NCBI GenBank assembly: GCA_963700025.1
Contig: CAVOWC010000008.1
Location: forward strand, 501,789 to 565,788
Reading direction: 5' to 3'
Length of the DNA: 64,000 nt
Source of the DNA: an uncultured Solirubrobacteraceae bacterium
GTDB lineage: Bacteria > Actinomycetota > Thermoleophilia > Solirubrobacterales > Solirubrobacteraceae
A model generated the notes under the pieces. It searched no databases, had not been told where the DNA came from, and worked only from the letters and a program-made list of their open reading frames with translations. Shown in pieces: positions 11,834-19,940 of this stretch. Position 1 is the stretch's first letter. Each line of letters opens with the position of its first letter. A program made the translations under genes and the position numbers.

Positions 11834-12948
11834 CCACCCCCCGCCGTGACGGTGCCGCTGACGCTCCCGCCGGCGCTGTCGATCTGCAGCCGGGCCAGCA
11901 GCCGCAGCGAGGCGCCGCTCGCGTCGTGCACGGTCGCGGCGATGCTCGTGCCCTGGAGCGAGGTGACCTGCCCGAGGTACTGACCCGGAGCGGAGGCGGG
12001 ACCGAGCGCGACCCGGCTGCTGCTCATGGCCACGCCGCCGCCGTTCGCGGCCTGGCCGATGATGCGGATCCCGAGCGTGCTCAGGCGCTCTCCGGCGACC
12101 CTGAGCGCGATGTGCACCTCGACGAGACCGCCGGCGGCCGGCCCCTGGCGCAGCGTTCCGCTGACCGGCGCCGTGAACGAGACCCGCGATCCGGAGCTCT
12201 GCGAGGCCGACCCACCGGCGGCAGCGGCGCCACCGGCGGCAGGGGCGGGCGCGCCTGATGCGGACGCGGCCGGGAGCAGCGCGCTCGGCGTGCCCGCGCG
12301 CTTGGCCCAGCCGGCAGCCAGCGGTCCGCTCGGCAGCCACACGAGCAGTCCCAGCGGAACCATCGCCGAGGCGAGGAGGGCGGTGGCGCGCGCGCCGGCG
12401 TGGTCCGGCCACCCGTCGGTCACGCGAGCGACGACCGCGACGATCACCACGATCACGCACACGCCGGTCACCGCAAGCATCCAGGTGGTCCTGGCGTCGC
12501 TGCCGGTGCCGAGTCCGTGCAGCAGGGCCACAGGCCAGCAGGCGTAGGCAGCCCAATGCGTGGCGCGCCACGCGCGGTAGCCGAACCGACGCCGCAGCAG
12601 GCTGGTGATGGTCACCGCGATCAGCAGGTCGAAGGCCACGGCGCCGAAGCCGAGCCACAGCGGGCGATAGGCCGAGCGGAAGGGCACGATCACGTCAAGG
12701 AGCGCGATCGGGGCGAAGCCGTCGAGCAATGAGGTCCCGATATGGACGAGCAGGAACACCACCGCCAGCAGCGAGGCGTTGCGGTGGATCGCGCCGAGGA
12801 CGAACCGCGGCATCTCCGCCGTCTGCATCCTGCGCACGTTGGCGACGCCAAGCGCCACCGACAGCGTCAGCAGGACGAGCGCCACGACGCCGGTGCCGCG
12901 AGTGAGGTACCACATCGCGCTCGGCCCGGTGACGGCGGCGGCGATCAT
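11830..12948 (-). CDS. ferric reductase-like (MsrQ-like) heme-b transmembrane protein with extra C-terminal domain
   Basis: WYLTRGTG, IHRNASL, LVHI, WRATHWAAY, LLHGLGTGSD (four His in TM helices); soluble tail after GWAKRAGTP. Confidence 0.88.
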   Translation of the reverse strand: MIAAAVTGPSAMWYLTRGTGVVALVLLTLSVALGVANVRRMQTAEMPRFVLGAIHRNASLLAVVFLLVHIGTSLLDGFAPIALLDVIVPFRSAYRPLWLGFGAVAFDLLIAVTITSLLRRRFGYRAWRATHWAAYACWPVALLHGLGTGSDARTTWMLAVTGVCVIVVIVAVVARVTDGWPDHAGARATALLASAMVPLGLLVWLPSGPLAAGWAKRAGTPSALLPAASASGAPAPAAGGAAAAGGSASQSSGSRVSFTAPVSGTLRQGPAAGGLVEVHIALRVAGERLSTLGIRIIGQAANGGGVAMSSSRVALGPASAPGQYLGQVTSLQGTSIAATVHDASGASLRLLARLQIDSAGGSVSGTVTAGGG

Positions 12949-12967
12949 GCCCCGCCCCTGGGCATCG

Positions 12968-13282
12968 TCAGGACCCTCCGGAGACGACCGGCCCGGGGGC
13001 CGCCTGCGCGGGCGCGGGGGCCTGCGTGGGCTGCGACAAGCCGCTGCCGTCCTGGCTCTGCGTGGGTTGCGACGGTGCCGCCGCGCCGCTCGCGGGCGCG
13101 GCGCCGGCCGAAGATCCGGTTGCCGACGACGGTCCGGTCGCGCTCACCGTGTGAGCGTGAAAGGCGTGAGCGGCGGTCACGGAGATCACGCCGGACGCGG
13201 CCACGGCGCCGGCGATCAACCAGCGGTTGAAGCGCGAGATCGTGGCCAGGCCACGATCGCGGATGGTGGTTCGGGGCGTCAT
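12968..13282 (-). CDS. small exported Ser/Ala/Pro-rich protein ending VVSGGS (candidate flavinylation substrate)
   Basis: Basic N-terminus plus hydrophobic helix, low-complexity linker, terminal SGGS; first gene of the coupled operon. Confidence 0.75.
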   Translation of the reverse strand: MTPRTTIRDRGLATISRFNRWLIAGAVAASGVISVTAAHAFHAHTVSATGPSSATGSSAGAAPASGAAAPSQPTQSQDGSGLSQPTQAPAPAQAAPGPVVSGGS

Positions 13283-13308
13283 CGGACCCGGAAGTGTGGG
13301 CCGCGGTC

Positions 13309-13336
13309 GTGAGGTCTGGCTAAGAGGCCGGTGAGA
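13309..13336 (-). promoter_or_regulatory. three hexamer direct repeats at 11-bp period (OmpR/PhoB-family, MprA-like boxes)
   Basis: On the - strand TCTCAC-N5-TCTTAG-N5-CCTCAC upstream of a CACACT -10-like hexamer. Confidence 0.55.
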
Positions 13337-13352
13337 CTCTGCTTACCGAAGC

Positions 13353-14360
13353 TCAGGCGCCGCCGTAGGACGCCGGGGTGGCGGAGGTCCCGGCGGCGGC
13401 GGCGATCTGCGCGATCAGCGACCGCGGGCTCGTGCCCCCGAGCACGCGCAGGCGCGGGAGTCGATACGGGTCCTCGCCCGCGCTGGCCCAGCCCGGGATC
13501 ACCGTCGTCGAGCCGACGAACCCGGCCGCACGGACGGCAGCGATCACGGTCGCGTCGTAGTGCCCGGACGGGTAACAGAACCAGTTCACCGGCACTCCGT
13601 AGCGCCGCCGCAGCAGCGAGCGGGCAGTGGCGACCTGGTAGCTGAGTTGCGCGGCATCGAGCCGGATCAGGTCCGCGTGGCTGATCCCCTGCGTGTCGAG
13701 CTCCCAGCCGGCGGCGATCAGTCCGCGCACCTGGGCGCCGGTGAGGCCACCCTGAGACGGCGGCAGGCCGCTCAGCTGAATGTTCTCGACCCCCACCCAC
13801 CCGAGCCGTTGCAGCGCCGGCAGCGCGTTGACGTACTGCGAGCGATACCCGTTGTCGAACGTGACCACGACGGGCTTGCCCGATCCGAGCGGGACCCCCC
13901 GCGACCAATGGGCCCGCAGCTGGTCAAGCGTGACCGCGTGCCATCCGGCCGCCTTGAGCGCATCCATCTGGGCCGAGAACTCGGGCGCGGGGACGTACAG
14001 GCCCGGAAACGGGGCGCCGGACGGAGGCGGCGCGATCACGTGGTACATGAGGATCGGCACCCGCCTGGCGGCCCAGGAGCCGCCGCCGGCGGCAGCGGCG
14101 CCGTGATCCGACGTGCTCGGCACCGCGGCGACCGCCGATGACCGCGCCCGCCCAGCGGACGCCGAGCCGGCCGATCCGGCTGCAACCGCCGTCTGGTGGG
14201 CGGTGCTCCCAGCCGAGGAGGCCAGCGCCACCGCCACCACGACGGCGACGAGCGCGACGGCCAGAGCCGCCAGGGAGACGGTCAGCCGCCGGCGGCGCAG
14301 CCGAGCGCGGCGCTCACGAGCCCGCGCGGCGCGGCGGGCGTGCACGTCGTCGAAGGACAC
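13353..14360 (-). CDS. membrane-anchored polysaccharide deacetylase (CE4/NodB)
   Basis: VPILMYH, VTFDNG, SHADL, FCYPSG, LPRLRV; N-terminal TM; start uncertain. Confidence 0.88.
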   Translation of the reverse strand: MSFDDVHARRAARARERRARLRRRRLTVSLAALAVALVAVVVAVALASSAGSTAHQTAVAAGSAGSASAGRARSSAVAAVPSTSDHGAAAAGGGSWAARRVPILMYHVIAPPPSGAPFPGLYVPAPEFSAQMDALKAAGWHAVTLDQLRAHWSRGVPLGSGKPVVVTFDNGYRSQYVNALPALQRLGWVGVENIQLSGLPPSQGGLTGAQVRGLIAAGWELDTQGISHADLIRLDAAQLSYQVATARSLLRRRYGVPVNWFCYPSGHYDATVIAAVRAAGFVGSTTVIPGWASAGEDPYRLPRLRVLGGTSPRSLIAQIAAAAGTSATPASYGGA

Positions 14361-14460
14361 CGTCTCGAGCGTATCGAGCCGCTGTGTGAGTAGTTTGCCG
14401 ATGGGTCCGCTGCGGGAGGCGACGGTCAACTCGGCCGCCGTGGGTGCCGATCACCGGAAC

Positions 14461-15561
14461 ATGACGGCGCCACGAGCAACCTGGCTGTGCCCGAACGACG
14501 AGGACCGGGCCCGCGTGATCGAGAACTCGGGCCGGATCGCCCGAGCGCGCCGGATCTCCTCGATCGTGCTGGTGCTGATGGTGGCCTACCTCGCGCCGGC
14601 CTACAACTGGTGGATCGCGGTCCTGCTCGCGCTGAGCGCATTGAGCCTCGAGACCCTCGACATGAGGATGCGGCGCAGCGCCACGCCCGAGTACCACGCG
14701 TCCACCAATGTGCTCTTCACACAGGCGATCATCGCCGTCGGCGTCGCCATCACCGGCGGCCCCCGGAGTCCCGCGCTGGCGCTGATCGCCGTCCCGACCG
14801 TCTTTGCCGCCACGCGCTTCCGCGCCGAGGTCGTCTGGCTCGCCGTCGCCACGGCCATCGCGATGCTGCTCCTGGCCACGCTCGCGGTGGATCCGCGGGC
14901 GACGCTGAACGAGCCCGCGTTGCTGCTGGCCGCGATCACGGTGACGATCTGCGTCACCGCCGTCGCGCAGGCCCTGAGCGGCGCCGAGCTGCAATACCGC
15001 GTCAGCGCGGTCCTCGATCCGCTCACCGGCCTGCTCAACCGACAGGGGCTCGAGCAGCGCTTCGACGAGCTCAGCGAGCAGGCCCGGATCACCGGGGCGT
15101 CGATCTGCGTGCTCCTGTGCGACCTCGACCATTTCAAGGAGGTCAACGACACGCACGGCCACGCGATCGGCGACGTCGTCCTCCGTGACGTCGCCTACGA
15201 GCTGCGCAAGCAGCTGCGCTCCTTCGAGCTCATCTACCGCATCGGCGGCGAGGAGTTCATGGTCGTGCTCCCGGGCGCGTCGATGTCGGAGGCGATCGCC
15301 CTCGGCGAGCGGATGTGCGAGGCGACGCGCGAGTGCCGCACCCAGGGTCTGTTCCTGACCCTGTCGATCGGCGTCAGCATCGCCTCCGGTTCCGCGGCGC
15401 AGCTGCACCCGTTGTACGAGGCCGCCGACGCGGCCCTCTATGAGGCCAAGGCGGAGGGCCGCGACCGCGTCTCCAGCGCCCACCGCAAGCGGCCGGCGCG
15501 GACGCCACGGCTGGCGCCCGGCCTCGTGCCCGGGCCGGCGGCACAGACGAGCTCGGCGTAG
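14461..15561 (+). CDS. membrane-bound diguanylate cyclase
   Basis: About six TM helices; DPLTGLLNR, DLDHFKEVND, GGEEF; I-site reads RSFE rather than RxxD. Confidence 0.93.
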   Translation: MTAPRATWLCPNDEDRARVIENSGRIARARRISSIVLVLMVAYLAPAYNWWIAVLLALSALSLETLDMRMRRSATPEYHASTNVLFTQAIIAVGVAITGGPRSPALALIAVPTVFAATRFRAEVVWLAVATAIAMLLLATLAVDPRATLNEPALLLAAITVTICVTAVAQALSGAELQYRVSAVLDPLTGLLNRQGLEQRFDELSEQARITGASICVLLCDLDHFKEVNDTHGHAIGDVVLRDVAYELRKQLRSFELIYRIGGEEFMVVLPGASMSEAIALGERMCEATRECRTQGLFLTLSIGVSIASGSAAQLHPLYEAADAALYEAKAEGRDRVSSAHRKRPARTPRLAPGLVPGPAAQTSSA

Positions 15562-15697
15562 CGCCCAGCGATCGGTGCCGGGCGCGATCGCCGACTCGGA
15601 CGCCACGATCGCCGACCCCGGACGCCATTGACGACATTATTTGTTCTCAAGAGCGTCCACGTCCACCAACGGCCGGGCGTGCATTAGAGTCATCGCG

Positions 15698-16150
15698 ATG
15701 ATCGTCCTGTGTTACGACGGCTCGCCGAGCGCGCGCCATGCGATCGAGGTCGCCGGCGCGGCGCTCGGCCATCAGCCCGTCACGCTGGTGCACGTGTGGA
15801 GCCCGCCGCTGCCGGCGTCGGATTCGTTCGGCCTGCACGAGGCGCCGGACATGCCGTCCTTTGCCGAGCTCGAGCAGTACTCGCAGGATCGTGCCCAGGC
15901 CGTCGCGCAGGAGGGCCTCGAGCTGGCCCGCGGCGCGGGACTCGAGGCCGAGTTGCGTGTCGAGCGCAGCGGCCCGAGCATCTGGCGGACGATCCTCGAC
16001 ATCGCCGACGAGCTCGAGGCGGCCTTCATCGTCGTCGGCACTCGTGGCGTCACCGCGGTGCAGTCGGCCCTGCTCGGCAGCCTCTCCAACGCCATCGTGC
16101 ACCACTCCGAACGCCCCGTGCTCGTGGTGCCCGCAGCGGCTCCGCAGTAG
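15698..16150 (+). CDS. universal stress protein
   Basis: LCYDGS, IVVGTRG, LLGSLS, PVLVVP; TAGAGT-N7-ATG leaderless start. Confidence 0.92.
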   Translation: MIVLCYDGSPSARHAIEVAGAALGHQPVTLVHVWSPPLPASDSFGLHEAPDMPSFAELEQYSQDRAQAVAQEGLELARGAGLEAELRVERSGPSIWRTILDIADELEAAFIVVGTRGVTAVQSALLGSLSNAIVHHSERPVLVVPAAAPQ

Positions 16151-16209
16151 CCGCGGCGACCTCGCGCCGGCCTCGCTCCGGCCGCCAACCGCCGCCGGGC
16201 GACCCTGGC

Positions 16210-17217
16210 CTAGGACCCGTCGGCCGGCGCCGGCGGTGCCTTGACCCGGGCGCGGAACACATGGAAGGACCAGCCCTGGTAGAGCAGCACGAGCGGGAAG
16301 AAGATCAGCGCGACGACCGTCATCACGACGAGCGCGTAATGCCCCGAGGCCGCGTTGTTGACGGTCAGGTTGTAGGTGGCGCTCGTGCTGGAGATCATCA
16401 CGTTGGGATAGAGGGAGATGAACATCTGGCCGATGGCGGCGGCGATCGCGAAGCCGGAGGCGGCGAACGCCCATCCGTCGTGGTCGGTGCTCGCCAGCAG
16501 CCACGCGAAGATCACGGCGATCACGCCGAAGATCTGGGTCGGCTCCGGGACCGTGCCGCCGCCGATCACGACGAGCGTCCAGATCACCCAGGCGATGTTG
16601 ACGAGGACGGCGACGACTCCGATGCGCCGGGCGGCGCCGCGGGCGCGGTCGCGAACCTCGTCGGTCGTGCGCAGGGCGAGGAAGGTGGCGCCGTGCAGCA
16701 GGCAGAGCGTCAGCAGCGTCACCCCGGTCATCAGGCCGTAGCCGGTCAGCAGATCGAAGAAGTTGCCGGTGAAGTCGTGGTTCTGGTTGATCGGCAGTCC
16801 GTAGAGCAGGTCCCCGAGCCCGACCCCGATGAGCAGGGGGATCAGGGCGCTGCCGATCGCCAGCGCCCAGGACCACCCGGTCCGCCAGCGAGGGGTGTCG
16901 CCCTTGCCGCGATATTCGAACGAGACTCCGCGGCCGAACAGCGCCACGAGGACGAGCAGGAGCGCGAGGTAGAGCGCGGAGAACATCGTCGCGTACCAAC
17001 CCGGAAACGCAGCGAACATCGCCGCGCCGGCGACGATCAGCCAGACCTCGTTGCCGTCCCACCAGGGACCGATCGTGTTGATCGTGACCCGCCGGCCCGC
17101 TTCGTCCTTGCCGATCAGCATGTGCAGCATGCCGACACCGAAGTCGAACCCCTCGAGCACGAAGAATCCGATCCAGAAGACGGCGATGATGATGAACCAG
17201 ATCGTGTGGAGCTGCAT
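16210..17217 (-). CDS. cydB: cytochrome bd ubiquinol oxidase subunit II
   Basis: LEGFDFGVG, IGPWWDGNEVWLI, AFPGWY, YQGWSFHVFR. Confidence 0.96.
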   Translation of the reverse strand: MQLHTIWFIIIAVFWIGFFVLEGFDFGVGMLHMLIGKDEAGRRVTINTIGPWWDGNEVWLIVAGAAMFAAFPGWYATMFSALYLALLLVLVALFGRGVSFEYRGKGDTPRWRTGWSWALAIGSALIPLLIGVGLGDLLYGLPINQNHDFTGNFFDLLTGYGLMTGVTLLTLCLLHGATFLALRTTDEVRDRARGAARRIGVVAVLVNIAWVIWTLVVIGGGTVPEPTQIFGVIAVIFAWLLASTDHDGWAFAASGFAIAAAIGQMFISLYPNVMISSTSATYNLTVNNAASGHYALVVMTVVALIFFPLVLLYQGWSFHVFRARVKAPPAPADGS

Positions 17218-17220
17218 CGG

Positions 17221-18621
17221 CTAGTACGTGAGGGCGTGAACGGGGGTCTCGGACGTCGGCTGGGAGGCCTCTTCCTCCGCGTCGGCGGCGGCGAGGCCGC
17301 GGCGGGAGTAGCGCAGCATCAGCAGGAGGTCGGCGGCGCCGAGCACGGTGTAGGCGAGCACCAGCACGACCAGGCTGATCCAGATCTCTGTGGAGCTGAC
17401 CGACGGCGAGTTCGCGTTGACGGTCTTCTGCAGCCCCTGGACGATCCACGGCTGCCGACCGCTCTCGGTCAGGAGCCAGCCGGCGGTGTTCATCAGGAAC
17501 GGCGTGAGGACCGCCCACACCGACAGCCCGAGGAACAGCCGGGAGCTGCGCAGCTTGCCCCGGTACAAGAGCCAGCCGCCCCACAGCGCCAGCAGCAGGA
17601 TCAGCGAGGCGAGGTAGGCCATGACCCGCATCGACCAGTACTGGATGAACACGTCGGGCACGTAGTTGCCCGGGCCGTACTGCTTCTGGTACTGCGCCTG
17701 GAGCTCGTTCAGGCCGGTGACCGGGCCGTTCCAGGTGCCGGTGGCCAGCACCGAGAGCAGGTGCGGGATCGCGATGATCTCCGTCGGCGTCTGGTCATTG
17801 GCGCCGCCCCCGATCTGGAACATCGAGAACGAGCACGGCTTGCAACTGGTCCATTGCGCCTCCGCGGCGGCGATCTTCATCGGCTGATACTTGTTCTCGA
17901 TCACCCCGAGCTGGTTGCCGACCGACAGCTGGATCACGATCGTGGGGATCAGCACGATCAGCGCGACCTTCGCCGTGTGACCGAAGGCCTCGACATGCTG
18001 CCCCTTGCGCAGATACCACGCCGAGACGGCCAGCATCACGAGACAGCCGGTGATCAGCGAGGCGAGGATCACATGCGCGTATCCCCACAGAAACGTCGGG
18101 TTCACGAACAGCGCCCACACGTTGTTCAGCACGGGCTGACCGGCGCTGTTCAGCTTGTAGCCGACGGGGTGCTGCATCCATGAGTTCGCGATCAGGATGA
18201 ACAGTGCCGACAGCATCGACCCGATCGCCACCGCCCAGATCGTCGCCAGGTGCACGCGCTTGGGGAGCCGGGTCCAGCCAAACAGCCACAGCCCCAGGAA
18301 CGTCGACTCCAGGAAGAAGGCGGCCAGCCCCTCCATCGCCAGCGGAGCCCCGAATATCCCACCCACGAAGCGCGAGTACGTGGACCAGTTCATCCCGAAC
18401 TCGAACTCCTGAACCAGTCCGGTCACCACACCCACCGCCACGTTGATCAGCAGCAGCGTCCCGAAGAAGCGCGTCATCCGCTTGTACTCGGGATTGTCGG
18501 TCCGGTACCAGGCGGTCTGCAGGATCGCCACCAAGAACGCCAGCCCGATCGTCACCGGCACGAACAGGAAGTGGTAGATGCTCGTGATGGCGAACTGCCA
18601 ACGCGCAAGGTCGTTGGTCAT
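17221..18621 (-). CDS. cydA: cytochrome bd ubiquinol oxidase subunit I
   Basis: LARWQF, HFLFVP, QEFEFGMNW, FFLESTF, NSWMQHP, QPMKIAAAE, ESGRQPW. Confidence 0.96.
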   Translation of the reverse strand: MTNDLARWQFAITSIYHFLFVPVTIGLAFLVAILQTAWYRTDNPEYKRMTRFFGTLLLINVAVGVVTGLVQEFEFGMNWSTYSRFVGGIFGAPLAMEGLAAFFLESTFLGLWLFGWTRLPKRVHLATIWAVAIGSMLSALFILIANSWMQHPVGYKLNSAGQPVLNNVWALFVNPTFLWGYAHVILASLITGCLVMLAVSAWYLRKGQHVEAFGHTAKVALIVLIPTIVIQLSVGNQLGVIENKYQPMKIAAAEAQWTSCKPCSFSMFQIGGGANDQTPTEIIAIPHLLSVLATGTWNGPVTGLNELQAQYQKQYGPGNYVPDVFIQYWSMRVMAYLASLILLLALWGGWLLYRGKLRSSRLFLGLSVWAVLTPFLMNTAGWLLTESGRQPWIVQGLQKTVNANSPSVSSTEIWISLVVLVLAYTVLGAADLLLMLRYSRRGLAAADAEEEASQPTSETPVHALTY

Positions 18622-18902
18622 CGCATGGGCCCTGCGTCGCCTGGCCGGCGGTGTGCCACTGCCCGGAAGTCTCCCGCGCTGGGCGGCGGAGCGCAAAGTG
18701 TGCCCGCTGGCCTCTGGCGGTGGTGCCTGCACCCCCTGTGGGTCAGACGCGCGCGAACGGCTGCCGCTCCTCCGTGCGGGCGGCCCGCCTGCGCTCCGAT
18801 CGCGTAGCCCAGGTCGCCGCCCTGAGCGCCGCGCCCTCGTGTCGGGGGTGCAGACGGCAGAAAAGCGATCGGGCGCGCACGGTTCGGGCTACAGTGGTAC
18901 GT

Positions 18903-18920
18903 ACAAGCGTACAGTTGTAT
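18903..18920. promoter_or_regulatory. putative operator ACAAGCGTACAGTTGTAT between divergent cydA and OsmC-family genes
   Basis: TACAA-N8-TTGTA palindrome just downstream of a TACAGT -10; matches 7316-7333. Confidence 0.65.
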
Positions 18921-18937
18921 TGAGGAACGGACCGACC

Positions 18938-19357
18938 ATGACCTTCACCGCGAGTGCCCGGCCGATCAACGGCACCCTCCAGCACGAGATCGACGTCAAC
19001 GGGCGCCACACGATCTTCACCGACGAGCCCGAGAGCCTGGGCGGCGCGGACACGGCCCCGGCGCCGCACGAGCTGCTGGCAGCGGCAGTCGCCTCCTGCG
19101 TCTCGACCATGATCGTGCTCTACGCCCGGCGCCGGAATTGGCAGCTCGGCGACGTCCGCGTGGACGTGAGCTACGACGCCGACGCGACACCTCGGCGCGC
19201 CGAGGTCACCGTCCACCTGCCCGACGATCTCACACCCGATCAGACCGAGCGGCTCCGGCGGGTCGCCGACACGTGTCCGGTGCGCCGCGCCCTCGAGGCC
19301 GGCTTCGCCTTCGACGAGAGGCTGCTCAACGACGTTCCCGCCGCCACCGCGGCGTAG
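18938..19357 (+). CDS. OsmC/YhfA family protein
   Basis: TDEPESLGG, PAPHELL...ASC, CPVRRAL two-cysteine pattern; GAGGA SD. Confidence 0.92.
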   Translation: MTFTASARPINGTLQHEIDVNGRHTIFTDEPESLGGADTAPAPHELLAAAVASCVSTMIVLYARRRNWQLGDVRVDVSYDADATPRRAEVTVHLPDDLTPDQTERLRRVADTCPVRRALEAGFAFDERLLNDVPAATAA

Positions 19358-19408
19358 TCACCCATCCCGCCGGTCCCGATGGCGCGCCCCCACGCTAGGG
19401 TGCCGGGC

Positions 19409-19909
19409 GTGGGCGTGATCGACGATTTGCTCGGCAACAACCAGGCGTTCGCCGACGCCCTGCCGGCACAGCACCTCGACGTGCGCCCGAGCCGGCGGCT
19501 GGCGGTGGTCACGTGTATGGACTCACGGTTGGACGTGTTCGCCGCGCTCGGCCTGAAGGACGGCGAGGCGCACGTGTTGCGCAATGCCGGCGGCGTGATC
19601 ACGGACGACGTGATCCGGTCGCTGGCGGTGTCCCAGCGCCGCCTGGGCACGCGCGAGGTGATGCTGATCCACCACACCGACTGCGGCATGCAGACGCTCA
19701 CGGATGACGGCTTCCGGGCCGAGCTGCAGGAGGCGACCGGCGTCGCGCCCGCGTTCGCGATCGAGTCGTTCACCGACCTCGACGGGGACGTGCGCCAATC
19801 GATCCTGCGCGTTCGGCGTTCGGCCTTCGTCCCCTACCGGGACGTGATCCGCGGCTTCGTCTACGACACCGACACGCATCGGCTGCGCGAGGTGCAAGCC
19901 GGCGACTGA
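19409..19909 (+). CDS. beta-class carbonic anhydrase (Rv1284/clade D-like)
   Basis: CMDSRL, RNAGG, HHTDCGM zinc-site motifs; TAGGGT-N7-GTG. Confidence 0.93.
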   Translation: MGVIDDLLGNNQAFADALPAQHLDVRPSRRLAVVTCMDSRLDVFAALGLKDGEAHVLRNAGGVITDDVIRSLAVSQRRLGTREVMLIHHTDCGMQTLTDDGFRAELQEATGVAPAFAIESFTDLDGDVRQSILRVRRSAFVPYRDVIRGFVYDTDTHRLREVQAGD

Positions 19910-19940
19910 GTGCGCATCCGGCTGGTCGCTGTGTTCGGCC

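Noticed and set aside
10544-12658. 704-aa ORF read as a fusion protein, or as part of a complex I (nuo) operon
   Set aside because: The N-terminal extension is an alternate frame of the reductase gene and the real start is 11833; no other nuo genes are present.
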